Source of the DNA: Ancylonema sp.
Taxonomy: Eukaryota
Length of the DNA stretch: 64,000 bases
Direction of reading: 5' to 3'
Assembly: GCA_050230475.1 (NCBI GenBank)
Contig: JBFLGF010000133.1
Span: 1-64,000 of the forward strand
This document shows positions 43,413 through 56,139 of this stretch, one piece after another. Position 1 is the first letter of the stretch. The number at the start of each line of letters is the position of its first letter. Made by a program: the position numbers and the translations under genes. The notes beneath the pieces were generated by a model that was given only the letters and a program-made list of their open reading frames with translations, was not told where the DNA came from and searched no databases.

Positions 43413-44865
43413 CTACAAGGCCTTCAGAATCTCATCCGGGCCGCTAACCGTGAAAGCCCCTCCCTCCTCCAAATTGAGAGCCTTCACCACACCGTCCTCC
43501 GCCAACAGAGCATATCGACGAGAACGGATTCCCAAACCCTTGTCAGTGAGATCCAGAGAAACGCCAAGGGCTTTGGTGAATATCCCTGATCCGTCTGCCA
43601 GCATCAGCACCTTGTCCCCTCCGCCAACTTGCTCTCCCCACGCACGCATCACAAAGGGGTCGTTCACGGAGACGCAGGCGATAAGGTCGACGCCCTTGGC
43701 CTTGAGCTCGTCAGCTCGTTCAATGAAAGCGGGAAGGTGCTTCTGAGAGCAGGTCGGGGTGAAGGCGCCAGGAACAGCGAAAAGGACAACTTTCTTGCCC
43801 TGAAGGCACCACCATTCAGAGGGAGGATGGTTTGTTGAGAATACTTCCACTCTGCTGCTGTCATTTCCGTTTCTGGTTAAGATTCACTCGAAGCGCACCA
43901 AGTCAGTCAAAGCCTGTGGAGTCCCATCTGGCTAAACAGAACGAGCTCTGATTTGTTCCCAGAGTCAGGGACGCAGGGATTCGTGTCAGGGTTGCGTTTA
44001 TTCCTCAGTCATATAATATTTGTGGGGCTACCGTGACGTGCATCCAGTTGTAGAAGCCTACCGCAAAATTGGTCATGAGATCCAAGATTATGTACTAATC
44101 ATCAGCAGCCTGTCACAGAGTCCGACAAATCATCCATTTCACTGAACATCTGCACAAGACTTTGGCCGAAGCGTAATGAACGAACATTATATATATTTTA
44201 GTTCACCACTTGATGGCAGACAACGCCCTGCTTGGAAAAAAAATTGCGGTGGTGTACGCTCCTCGACAATATCGTATATATACTATCTATACATAAACAG
44301 TGTCTAAAACAAACACGGACAAAGAAGTAGTCACATATGGAACACTATAATGAAAGCTGACATTTACGAGTTCGGGAACTCCAATAATTCTGAAGCTCCA
44401 AAGTACATTGGAACAAACCGAGTGCTGAAACGACTGCATGTTGTATTGAAGGAATGTTGAAGACTCAGCAAAAAAAAGGAAATAAATAGGTTGCAAACAT
44501 TTTTGTGCAAGGCTATTCACAATGCTGTCCCACTCATTTCCCGAATAAATTCTTACCTCAGTGAGGGTCTTGACCGAGACCACTTCCAGGTCTCCTACTT
44601 TCTGAAAATACGACAGTTGAGAGTCAGGCAGCTTATCTCCGACTGAGATAGCCGAAGTCACCACAGTCCGGATGTCACTTCTCCTCGACGTGAATGTTTT
44701 GCTCCCTCTGTGAGATGCGCACTTGCGCTGCAGTTCTTCCGGTCGTCCATTAAGACTGGAGTATGCTGCACGGAAAAGTCGAGAACGCATATGGCTGCCT
44801 GAAAAATACGACGGGGAGCTCCCAGCCATAGGTATTATGGCCGAGGCGATCATCGTAGCGGCCAT
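43413..44865 (-). CDS. PRXIIE: Type II peroxiredoxin, plastid (PrxIIE-like), 231 aa
   Basis: Exons 44865-44557 and 43799-43413. Transit peptide, [35 protein letters not shown] and RSRRYALL. Confidence 0.93.
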
Positions 44866-45084
44866 CCCTTTCTAAATCAGAAGGACAGGTAATAAATCGC
44901 CGGTGTTATTCGCCAGAATTCTCAGAAATGCTGCACATCGGAATTTTTTCCCGGATGAATGTATCTCTGCAAGGGTAAACCCGTAGTTGGCCGCGCATCG
45001 TGCGCGACATTTGCGCAAGCGCGCCTTCCGCGCGAAAAAGCGCGCGTCTGCGGTACGCGCGCCGCCCCGAGGTAATTTCAGTAA

Positions 45085-45369
45085 GGGAGAGACTGCGGGC
45101 ACCCCTCAAAGCGACTGCGGGCACCCCCCCTCCGACTGGCCCGCAGTCTTTCCCTTCGAAATAGGTAAGTTCAAAAAAATATAGCTTCCAAACGTCCTGC
45201 GATATTTGAAATATTTTTTCTGTTTACTGTAGAAAAAACTATGAAGTAAATATTTGAATTTTTCCGATATTTTTTTCCCGATTAATGTAGAGTCAAAAAA
45301 ATGGAGAAACTTCGGGCTGTCGGAGGGGGGTGCCCGCAGTCGCTTTGGGGGGTGCCCGCAGTCTCTCCC
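45085..45369. mobile_element. Mutator-like MITE
   Basis: ~50-bp near-perfect TIR (gggagagactgcgggcaccc...gggtgcccgcagtctctccc) with a perfect 9-bp TSD TTTCAGTAA (45076-45084, 45370-45378). Confidence 0.88.
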
Positions 45370-45586
45370 TTTCAGTAATCGAATTACGGACGTCGAAATT
45401 TGACTTAGAAGTAGTATGAAGGGATGCGCTCCCCCGTTTGAAATGAAAAGGGGGAGGGGGACTCCCCCGCCCGCCGTCCCCCTCCCCCGTATACGGGGGA
45501 CCCACCGCGGCTGCGACTGTCCTATCTGCATCGGCTGCATACGGGGGAAACGGGGGAAAACGGGGGAATCGGGATAAGGGGTGGCA

Positions 45587-46019
45587 ACACCGCCCTACCG
45601 CTCTACTCCCTACCATGTCACCGCGGTAGCTACCGCGGTAGCTACCAATGCTCAAAAATGCAGTAGGGGGTCGGGAAATTAGCTCAACCGCGGCTGGCTC
45701 GGTAGGGGGTAGGGTGAAAGGAAATAATCGGTAGGGTACGGTAGGGAACGGTAGGGAACGGTAGGGAACGGTAGGGAATCGAATATTTCCGGTACTTTTT
45801 TTTTTTGGGTCGCAAATTATATCTTTGACTTTATGCTAGGAAAAAAAAATCCCTACCGTTTCCTACTGCTCCTTACGGTGTCCCTACCGATTTCCCTACC
45901 GCCAACCGCCGCCCTACCCCCGACTGATGCCCAGCCAGGCTGAATCCAAAATCGGTAGGAAAGCGGTAGGGGGAGAGTACCGGGTAGAAACCCCCTACCG
46001 CGGGCCGAAAATGCGGTGT
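45587..46019. repeat. Foldback/MITE-like element built from CCCTACCG/CGGTAGGG motifs
   Basis: ACACCGC...GCGGTGT ends and many inverted 8-10 bp motifs. No clear TSD. Confidence 0.55.
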
Positions 46020-48000
46020 CACCAATGATATGTTGATGACATCTTGTTTGTTGGAAAAATAAAATGTAGCGAATTCCTTTCATGATTTTTTTGGAATATG
46101 TGGTTTTTGTGTGTGCGTGTATCCTTGTTATGAAGCAAAAATAATTTCTGTAAGTTACACAAAAAGATGCAAACACGATAGCAATGCAAGTTGATAATAG
46201 GTTTTTACATGTTGTTTACAGAATGCGAAATTAATGTTTCATTTTGCAAAGGAGAAAAGGGAACAACTAACAATGGAAGTAGTTTGAGGAAGAAATGGAA
46301 TATTGGGTTTAAGCCGAGATGATGCACTATATATGACATGGGGGGGAAGGAAAAATTGATGTATTGATTTTGAAGGGAAGAGAAAGTGAATTATTTTGAT
46401 ACACATTTAGATTATAACATCGGTAACTCCGTTCATGTTGGACAAATAACATACAAACTACATATTTTTTATGTTGATAAAAAAAGAACTTTTCACACAC
46501 CATCTTTTTTTTTAATAATAAACCTGATTTAAATCCTTACATATTACGTGTAATCTCGACATTGGCCATGTATCACGTAATTATGTAATTTGTAAGATCA
46601 CGGTTACATTACCGTTAAAAATGGCAATTGACGTATTACGTAATGATGAAAAAAAACGTATATGTAAAATTCACGACCCAAGATATAACGTCTTTGGCCC
46701 TAAATAGTAGATCGCCACGTTGTAACCGGTTTACAATTCCCTTTTTATTCCACGATTTTGGAAATCCCTGGGGGGTAGGAAGCACCCCCCCCCCCCCCCC
46801 GAGGGGGGGGGGGGGCGGGTAATAATTGAACTCTAACGCCTACGGCCGCGCACCGTGCGCGATATTTGCAAGTAATGACTTAGCATTCATTGCACTACTT
46901 GTTTGAGTGTTTACTCCTACTAATGAATATGAACCTATTTTTGTGATACTAACTTAACTATTATCAGTGCAAGCTATGAGATATATCCATTTAAATTCCT
47001 TCACAATGGACAAGCCATTGTTCTATTTACTTGTATGCAAGATGTGGATCACACGGCGTACTCAATATGTGGTACCATCGATCAAAATTTACCGCGTTCG
47101 CGATGGTACTTTGTTGTTAAGTTAGTACGGAAAAAAATACCTCAACAAGCATTGCACAAAATTTAATTTACGAATAGCTTCGTACACCAAAAAACTTGAA
47201 ATTCATACTTTTGCGTATTTTTTGTGCGTATTGTGCAATCATGACTATGCGCGTCTATTGCGTATAGTCTTCGAGCGTATTGTGCGTATTGGATAACCTG
47301 GCCGACTGGTAGTCTCTAGATGGAAACTAGGATAAATAAACAAGTACAGGCAAACAAACACAAAATCCATATAAAAATTATAGGTTTTCCCGGTGGATTG
47401 TCGCGAACCGAAGTATATAAGGTTTTGTGTGAGTCGGGCATCCAAGACGCATTAGCAAGTGATCAATGACGAGCACGAAATCGCGTTTTCAACGGATTCA
47501 CGGCAATGTATTTGCCTGTAGCCAGTCATACATGCTTGGATGCTGTAGGAATTGTATCGGATAGCCATGCTTGCTAGTGTGCTAGTCCGGGCTACCGGTT
47601 AGTGTAACCGGTAGGATTCCTAGGGTGTGCTTGTATTGAGGGGCCGGACTTGTGGCCGGGCACCCGAACATGACGTTTCTATTGTGCCGTTTAGGGCACG
47701 TGTGTTTCTAGACGGTTCCCGCATCTAGTCGTTATGCCTTGTCAGACTGTCCGGCATGTGCCGTTGACATAATTTGACTATTACTATGTTGTGATAGGCA
47801 GACGGTCCGTAGATCCGACCGTCGGCACACTTTGTTGATTCTTGATCTGTACGAGGCATCGTGGTATACCTACCCGATGCCGACCATTCAATATTATTCT
47901 TCCTACACAATACTTGTCATTGATCAGCTCTGAGAGACGTAGTCCCTTGTACGGAAAGAACCACGCAATCTCGCACACCAATCACGTATCAACGCCAAAA

Positions 48001-48013
48001 GGTTATGGGCCCA
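48001..48013 (+). promoter_or_regulatory. PBS GGTTATGGGCCCA (internal/half tRNA-iMet type)
   Basis: Immediately after the LTR; matches the Drosophila copia/Osser-type PBS as I recall it. Confidence 0.85.
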
Positions 48014-48381
48014 CCTGGCGGTCTAGTTAAAGACGTAGTGTTAATAACTACAGGCATTCCACGCGATCTACTGCGGAGAGAGATTATGAGCTGTGAGCTG
48101 CGTTACAAAACACGCTGAGAAATTGATTGCGATAAGCCTTATAGGTGTTGCCTACAATGACGGAAAAATCATACATTCCGGTCTTCACAAGAGCAGACTA
48201 CAAGGGCTGGGCCTTCAAAGTGAAATTTGGCCTAGCTGACAAGGAGCGGGGCGAATCCCCGAGGCAAGCGAAACCTGTCGTGCTTCCACCACTCACGTAG
48301 GACGAGCTCGATGCACTGGATGCTGCGGACGTCGCTCGTACGGTCACGGCACGCACCCAGCTCATCGGTCGACACACTCTC

Positions 48382-49426
48382 ATGACGTGCGAGATAGGAT
48401 CGATAGGGTAAAGGGTCGTTGATGACGTAATCAGTTGATGTATGACGTCATAACGTAGTCCATCGACATGATATGGTGAATGTCGATATCGATGAATTTG
48501 TAAGTGTAACTGGGCATATGCCCTAACTAAGGAGTTTGGCACGCTTGACTCGCGGCACTGATTGTAAACAATCACCTAAACGACGGCAGGAACGTCGCCT
48601 TGACTCGGCAACTCTCTCAGTGCAGGCAAGTTGACAACGCGATAGCTCTACAAGGATTCTAATCGTAGAGTATGCGATACAATAGTACAGTAAGAACAGC
48701 TATAGCTCTCGGTCAGCGAGCAGCTATTTATGTGTGAGTCTGCACTGCTTGTAATCAGCAGCAAAGAAATCGTGAGTCTGCACACCGACTTGCATCGTTG
48801 TAAACGTGTGAGTCACGAAGCTGCATAGCAGGCAACGATGGTAAAGTACTGAGAGCGACAGCTCGATCTGCAAAACGTTGATGATCGCAAGTGACATGAT
48901 GCAGTATGCAAAGATTGCAAGCAAAGCAAAGTCACACACACAAGATACAATTTACACGAGAGGCAAGATGGAATGCAAGTCTCTTCAGCGTTAGATTCAG
49001 CGAAAGTTGAATTCAGAGTTCGAAGTACAAAGGTTATACTCAAACTTCTTCAGACGACGCTAGACGCGTGTCGATCTACAATTCAATCTCAATCAATATG
49101 TCTCGCGCGCAAATGTCTTATCTAGAATATTTATCGTCGGATATTCATCGACGGCTAATATTTATGACAAGTCATCACAAGTTGATTGCTGACTAGTACA
49201 AAGGTGCCACGTCGGATCGACGGATAACAAATGCTAAGCAAATCTAATTCAAATATTGAGCGGGGGCGCAGGCTGACAACTGGAGCTCGGGAGCGGGACC
49301 GGGAGCGGGGCAAAGTTGTAGTGCGGCGGAACTCTTGATTTGGCGCGGCGCAGACGTGATTTAATATAGGGAGAGATTTAGTAGATATTAGGGGTAAATC
49401 AGCTAACGATCTCAGACGTCGTGACA
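48382..49426. mobile_element. ~1 kb non-coding insert in copia A gag, flanked by a 24-bp direct duplication
   Basis: 48358-48381 and 49427-49450 match at 22/24. gag reads TQLIGRHTL before the insert and TQFIGRQTL after it. Confidence 0.8.
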
Positions 49427-52400
49427 CAGTTCATCGGTCGACAAACTCTCGTTCGAGAGGCCTGGTCGAAGAAGAACATCGCTGCGATGGCCTACATCGT
49501 CAAACACCTCCAGACGGGGGAGCTGACGCATGTGAGGAATCGCAAGACTGCAGCAGAGATGTGGGACGCCCTGACGACCTTCTACGACCTTCTACGACCT
49601 TTAGGAAGCCATCGAGATCGCCAACGCTGAAGCACAGCTCACGGCGATCATCATGGGAGAGGGGGAGGATCTGAGCGACTACGTGAAGCGATTGCAAGAG
49701 CTGCATGATCGTCTGGGGCATCTGGGGGAGCTAGTCAAGCCCGCGAAGCAGACCATCCATCAACTTCCTCAACTCGCTCAACACTCGCTACGGCGCGCGC
49801 GTGGAGAGCGTTATGTCGTGGGCAGTCTCTACACCGACACTCTTCACGATCCCCCAAGCCGTCAGCACCTTGTCTGTTGGCGATCGATGGGAGGTCTGCA
49901 ACGACCGCAAGAGAGGGGTGCTGCCGGGAGGGCAGCAGGCCGATTTCGTGGGGGAAGGCGGCTACTCGGGCGGCTCCGGAGCTACCCTAAGTCGACCTGG
50001 TGGGAGTGGCGGTCCCGGAAGTCGCGACCTGTCGAGAGTTCAGTGCTACGGCTGCAACCAGTATGGCCACTTGAAGTCGGACTGCCCTACACGTCCGCCG
50101 ATGAGGTGCCATGGCTGCAACCAGATCGGCCACAAGCTGTCGCAGTGTGGACAGCAACGGCTAGGGGGAGGTGGAAGATCGGCTGGCCGGGGACGTGGCA
50201 GTCCTAAACCAAAATGCAAATACTGCGATAAGCTCGGGCATACATTGGTAGAATGCATGAAGCGTAGATTTGACATGGCATTGGCTGCACCTGATTATAA
50301 TCTTCGTGAACAAGCTCAGGCTCGACTTGCTGCATGCTCAGACACACCTTTCGATGCATCCAAATCCCTAGCTTATGCAGCATTCTCATTTGATGCGAGG
50401 ATTGCCATGGCAGCTGGAACTGATTGCTCGCATCTGTGGCTTGATTCAGGCTCGACCGATCACGTCTTCACAAACAAAGACCACTTCCTCGAGTACAACA
50501 CCGATGTCCCGATGCAGCATTCATTCATCCACACGGCTGACGGCACGCCTCACAAGGTCGAGGGCACACGCTTCGCGCACATTCGAGTGAAGAACGGCGA
50601 CTCTTTCTTCGTCGTCCCTCTCACTGCTCTGCACGTCCCTACATTCGTTGCGACCGTGGTGTCCACCGACTGCCTCGTCCAAAGAGGTGGGCTGAGCTTT
50701 GCCCAGACCCCACAAGGTCCTAAACTGACTAAGGATGGAAAGAAATGGGCTGATGTCAGCAAGGAGAGGAATGGTATGTCATTGCTGCATGCATCTATCA
50801 TCATGCCTGGTTCATTTGGTCTGCAAGCAAATCTTTCCATAGGCATGCTTTGGCACGGCAAGTTGGGTCACCCTGGCGTTCCAGCCATGTCAAACATGGC
50901 CAGACGTGGAGACATACCGAGTCTGAGTCAGGGAGAGTTGACAAAGATTAGGGGCTCTGAGATTTGTTGTAGGGGGAAGATGGGACAAAGGGGACATGCA
51001 CTGGCTAGCGATGATGTGAAGGGAAGGTTGCATCTAGATGTGGTAGGTCCTTTTGGAGTCAAGTCTATGCACGGAGGTTTTGAGTACGCACAAACAGGGA
51101 TAGAGGTCAATTCTAGATTGTCTACAGTATCTCTTCTCAAGCACAAGAGCGATGCTCATAGTCAAACGCGCATCACTCTACATAAATTGGAGGTTGAGTC
51201 ACGACTGCCGTTAAAGTCGATGGACAGATGGGGGTGGGGAATATACCAGCAAGGAGTGGAAATGTTACTGTGAGGAGAAAGGCATTAAGCATGAACTGAT
51301 TGCCCCCTACGGCCCACAACAAAACGGCATGTGTGAAAGACTGAACCAAACGCTGATGGAAAAGATGAGGTGCCTGTTGATGTGGTCAAAACTGCCTAAA
51401 TCATACTGGGATGTGGCATTGATACATGCAAATTGGCTAAGGAACAAGACCCCCACGAGTTCATTAACCGGGGGGGTCCCTATTGAGAAGTGGACTGGAC
51501 GGCCAATCAAACTGGACAGGAGTCACACATTCGGCCGCCTCGTGCAGTACTTGAAAGTCGGTCATGATAAGAACAAACACGGGGACAAGTATGCTGCCAG
51601 GACTGCCTTTGGGGTGTTTATTGGGATGGCAGCAGATCATGCTGGCTACAACATCTTCGCTCCGCTCAGAGCACGTGTGATGGTGCGGACAGACGTCCGT
51701 TTCTTTGAAGAAGTGTCGGGGACCAACTATCACTTGATCATCTACATGGATCCCCACTATGATGCGTGACTGTCCTTTCCCCCGGGTGTATATGCATGTG
51801 TTCATGACGCATTGTTTGAACCCTATACTAAGCATGATAGCTGTGAACATCTCACCCCAGACCTTGCTACTTTGTTTTAGTCCGTACAGTGCCCCCCTCA
51901 TTCTCAAAACTTTCCCTTCAGCCCCTCCCTCACTCTCCCTGAATGGTGGAATTTTCATATAAATTTCTTCAGTCAGTCGTCCGTGCAAGAAGGCAATCAC
52001 CACATCCATCTATTCAATTTCTCAACCCTCTTGATTCGCAATAGCTAGTACAAGAGAGATAGAGGTATTATCTACTACACGTGCGAATATTTCAGTATAG
52101 TCCACTCCTTCTTGTTGTAGGAAACCTTGAGCGACCACTCTGACTTTATATATTTAAAGGGCTCCCATGGGTGTGTATTTAATTTCGAATACATATTTAC
52201 ACCCCACAGCCCTTTTACCTGGTGGAAGTTTACACACCTCGAAAGTGTTGAATTCCCCCAAGCTCTTCACCTCCTCCTTGACGGCACCTAACCACTGATC
52301 CTAGTCTGGCCTCTTCATGGCCTGGCTGAGCGTCAAGGGGTCGGATGAGTCAGCAGACATGGTTATCATGCAAAATCCAGGGTCAGAGGGGCCGTTGAAG

Positions 52401-52984
52401 CCTGTGAAAAAGCATGTGGCCTCCCACTCCTCGTCTTGAATAGCTGTTTCCAGCGCCTCGTCATCGAACTCCTCCCCATTATATCGAGGACATCCCCAAA
52501 GTGGGCGAAGTTCGCCCTCCTCCTCGCCATCACGCGCTTAGCTATGCTCCTAGCATTCACCCCCGGGTTGGCACCCCCTCCACCCCCTCCTTGGACTTCC
52601 TCTGACGTGCCAGATGGAGTCGGCAGACAGCCTGTCGACAAAATCTCTCAAAAACAAAGAAATCGACAGATTTTGGAAAAATCTGCAAAACTTGACTGTT
52701 TATAATTTTATGCGTCGATGAAAATGTCGGATGTCGGGTGTTGACTTGGATGCTTGTCTGGATGAGCAGCATCAGGATTGGGATTTTGGTCATCATCTAG
52801 ATCTCACTCTCCCCCCCCAGCTACGAAAACTCTGCGTCGGAGGCTGGGACACATAGACAGATGATGTGGAGCCTGGTGAAATATAATGTACATAAACGAG
52901 GGTAAAAGGAAGATAAAACACAAGGGTGCAGGGTGAGGTGATAGATGCCCCCCCCCCAACCCCCCCAAATGTAGAAAATCCAAT

Positions 52985-54840
52985 GCCGGACAGAACCACT
53001 CCCCTACAGGGATGGTCGTCAGAGGTGGTGACAAGGAATAGATGTGGTATCCATGGTTGCAATTATCACAGAGGATCATATTCTTCCCGTCCTTACGGTC
53101 CCCACATTCTCTGCAAAAGGTTGGGTCAGAGCTGTTGAACCGGGTGACATCGATGTTTTTATCCTTAATGGTGAGATTGCATGGGGAAATATTTTTCATA
53201 TGTTCCCACATGCGGCGACCATCGCGACCTAGGAGCTGCACGTTCCCCGAAGGTCGAATTTTGGTGATCTGCAGGATCTGCGGGTGGGTTGTGACGTCCA
53301 AAGTACCTTTGGTTTGTCGTTTGACGTAGACGAACTCTCCAGGGTGATAAGTTGCTTTGAGTCTGTCATAACAGTCATGTATCTTGAAGTAGTGGTGTCT
53401 CTCACGTTGTTGAGCGATGGCAAGGTTGCGCATGGCTAACGGCATAACTTCTTGGTACAACTTACCTCGTTTCTCCAGGAACTTGGGGAGGTTTTTGTCC
53501 AGTGGTAAGAAGTCATGTTCGGCGTCCTGGTTGTTGGCTTGAAACAAAGGGTGACGACCATAGGTCAGGTAGTAAGGGGTGTACCCTGTCGATGCCTGCT
53601 TGGTCATTCTGTAACCCATTGCAATGTAGGGTAAGTACAGATCCCAATCCTGTCGATGCCTGCTGAGAAGGGTTTTGCGCAAGGCTGACTTGAGGGTTTG
53701 TACTAGGCGAGCCAGCCCATCTGATTGTGGGTGTTCTCTGCCAGCAGTGCGGTGGGTGATATGATGTTGGTCGAGAAGGGTGTGGAAAGCACCTTCAAAC
53801 TCCGAGCCTTGGTCAGTGATGACTTCTCCAGGTGCTCCAAAGCGGGCCAAGATGTGGTCAAGAACTGCATCAGAAGTGGCTTTGGCGCACTTATGAGGTA
53901 CCGCCATGAATTCAGCCCACTTGCTGAAATGGTCAACTGCTACCAGAATGTACTTGTTGCCTTTGACGGTTGGTGGAAAAGGACCACGAAAATCAATGCC
54001 CCAGCGGTAAAACAATCCACGAATGGGCAAGGGTTGAAGTTTTGTACGTCCCTGTCGGAAGTGGGTTTTGGAACGAGAGCAAGCGGTGCAATTACGGATG
54101 AACTGGATAACCATATCACCCATGCAATGCCACCAGTAATCTTGCTGCAAAGCGTGAAGAATCCGTTTGACACCGAAGTGTCCATAACGATTGTGAAGGG
54201 TTTTGATGAGTGGCATGTGCTCTGGTGGTGAAGGAACAAGCAGCAATTTGCCAGCAGAGGAGGGTTTCTTTTGTAGATTACCCCCTAACCATTGATACTT
54301 AAGTCCGCGTCGGTAAACTCTGTCACGTTCGATTGCACTCAGGTTAGGAACATACTCGTGGGTTTTTAGAAGATGCATGACGGGTTTGTCGTCCCACATG
54401 TCGAGTGTTGGTTCCGCTTCCGGTGTGGAATTTTGGTGATAGCTGATGAAGTAACTGGGTGAGATGGCCGAGATTGGTGGTGGTTGGAAAAGATAACACG
54501 GTGTCTTCTCTCCCAAGGTATCAATTTCGTGGTCAAGAGTTGTTTCTGCTGGTAAGGGGCACCTACTACAACCGTCTCCATTGGTGTTAAGGATGCCTGC
54601 CCTGTGTACCACGTCAAACTCATACTCTTGCAACAATAGTGCCCAACGTGCCAACTTGCCTGTCAGCATGGTGGTTGTCATGATCCATTTCAAGGGTGCA
54701 TGGTCAGTAATAAGAGTGAATGGTCGACCGAAAAGAAATTGTCGAAAATGTTGCACTGCCCAAATCACTACCAAACATTCGCCATGAAAACTGCTGTAGT
54801 TTTTCTCTGCATGATTACAGCTGCGGGATGCAAAAGCCAC
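52985..54840 (-). pseudogene. RNase H, integrase and PHD portion of gypsy B pol
   Basis: Long open frame 52804-54840, with PHD CRECG..ILCDNCNHGYHIYSLSPPL..IPVGEWFCP at about 52985-53118. Confidence 0.9.
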
Positions 54841-56139
54841 GGCATATTCATTACCTTCGTCGTCAAGTCGGCTGATGACAACTCTCAGCCCGTGCTAGCT
54901 CCAATCTGTGGCGAGGAAAAAATATTTCTTCATGTCGGGGCGTCGAAGTAGTGGTTCCGAGCAAAGATGTTTCTTGAGGTCGTCAAAGCTTTGTTGTTGC
55001 GGTTCAGACAAATGCCACTTCACGTCGCCTTCGAGGAGGGCGTTGAGGGGCGCTGCAATGCACGAAAAGTGAGGGACAAACTTGCGGTAGTAAGAGAAAA
55101 GACCGAGTACAGCACGGAGTTTATGAATATCCTTGGGTGCTGGCATGTCGCGAATGGCCTTGGTTTTCTCGTCTTGTGGAGTGATGCCGTCAGGGGTGAG
55201 TTTGTATCCTAAGAACTCCATCTCTTTGGCAAAGAAAAGACATTTACCAGGGTGACATTTGAGTTTGTATTGACGAAGTCTATTGAAGACTTGTTGCAGA
55301 TGCATGAGATGGTCTTTGAAAGTTTTACTCCAATTGGTGATGTGTCGTCGATGTAACATCGTGCATTGGTGAGACCGTTGAGGCGTGCATGAGTGAGACC
55401 GTTGAGGATAGCGTCCATGGTACGCTGAAAGAAAGGTGGTGCATTTTTGAGACCATAGGGTACCACATTCCACTCCTAGAGCTTGCGGTTAGCCCCCCAA
55501 AATGGTGTCTTCGACTGTTAGCCCCCCAAAATGTTGTCTTCGACTTATCCTCTTCCCTGACGGGGATCTCGTGATATCCTTGTTTTAGGTCCATCTTGCT
55601 AAAGATTTTGGCGTCCTGCATCTCAACAAAAATGTCTTCGATTTTGGGTAAGGGGTACCTATCCAGTGCAGTGTGACTGTGGATAGGTCTGTAGTCCCCA
55701 CATTGACGAAAATCTATGTATTGTCCTTCTTTGTCCTTCTTGCGAACTACCATGGTTGCAGATGCATACTTTGTGTTACGTGAAATAGGCCGAGTCATAC
55801 CAAGGTCATGCAATTTTTTACAGTTGGTTTCCACAAAGTCCCACTCTGTTTGGCTGAGCTTGTGTGATCCTTAAAAGATGGAACCAGTGGTGTCAAGAGG
55901 TAACTCCATCGGTGTGTTGTTAGAAGTTCCCAGTTCTTCAAGACTAAATGCAAAGCAATCTCGATTTGATTCAAGCAATGCTATCACTTCCTCCTTTTCT
56001 GCTGGGGTGAGATGGTCACCAATCTTCCATTGGAACTCTCTGGCAAGGTATCCGCGGTGGGTGTAAGTAATTCCTGGGTGAGGGGAATTGCTTCATGCCG
56101 ATAATGTTTCTGAGCCGAGTTAATGATGAAAGTTGACTC

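Larger units (their letters stand above)
47544..52602 (+). mobile_element. Ty1/copia element A, disrupted: 5' LTR 47544-48000, gag-PR-IN to ~51720, then an inverted RT fragment
   Basis: gag ATG at 48157 (IPVFTRADYKGWAFKVK), three CCHC knuckles, LDSGSTDH protease, LWHGKLGHP and PQQNGMCERLN integrase. RT motifs MDVVIAFLHG and HVDD lie on the minus strand. Confidence 0.92.

Noticed and set aside
56125..56139. Target-site duplication for copia B
   Set aside because: The 5' LTR lacks its first ~9 nt, and the shared AAAGTT overlaps the LTR end, so no clean TSD can be called.
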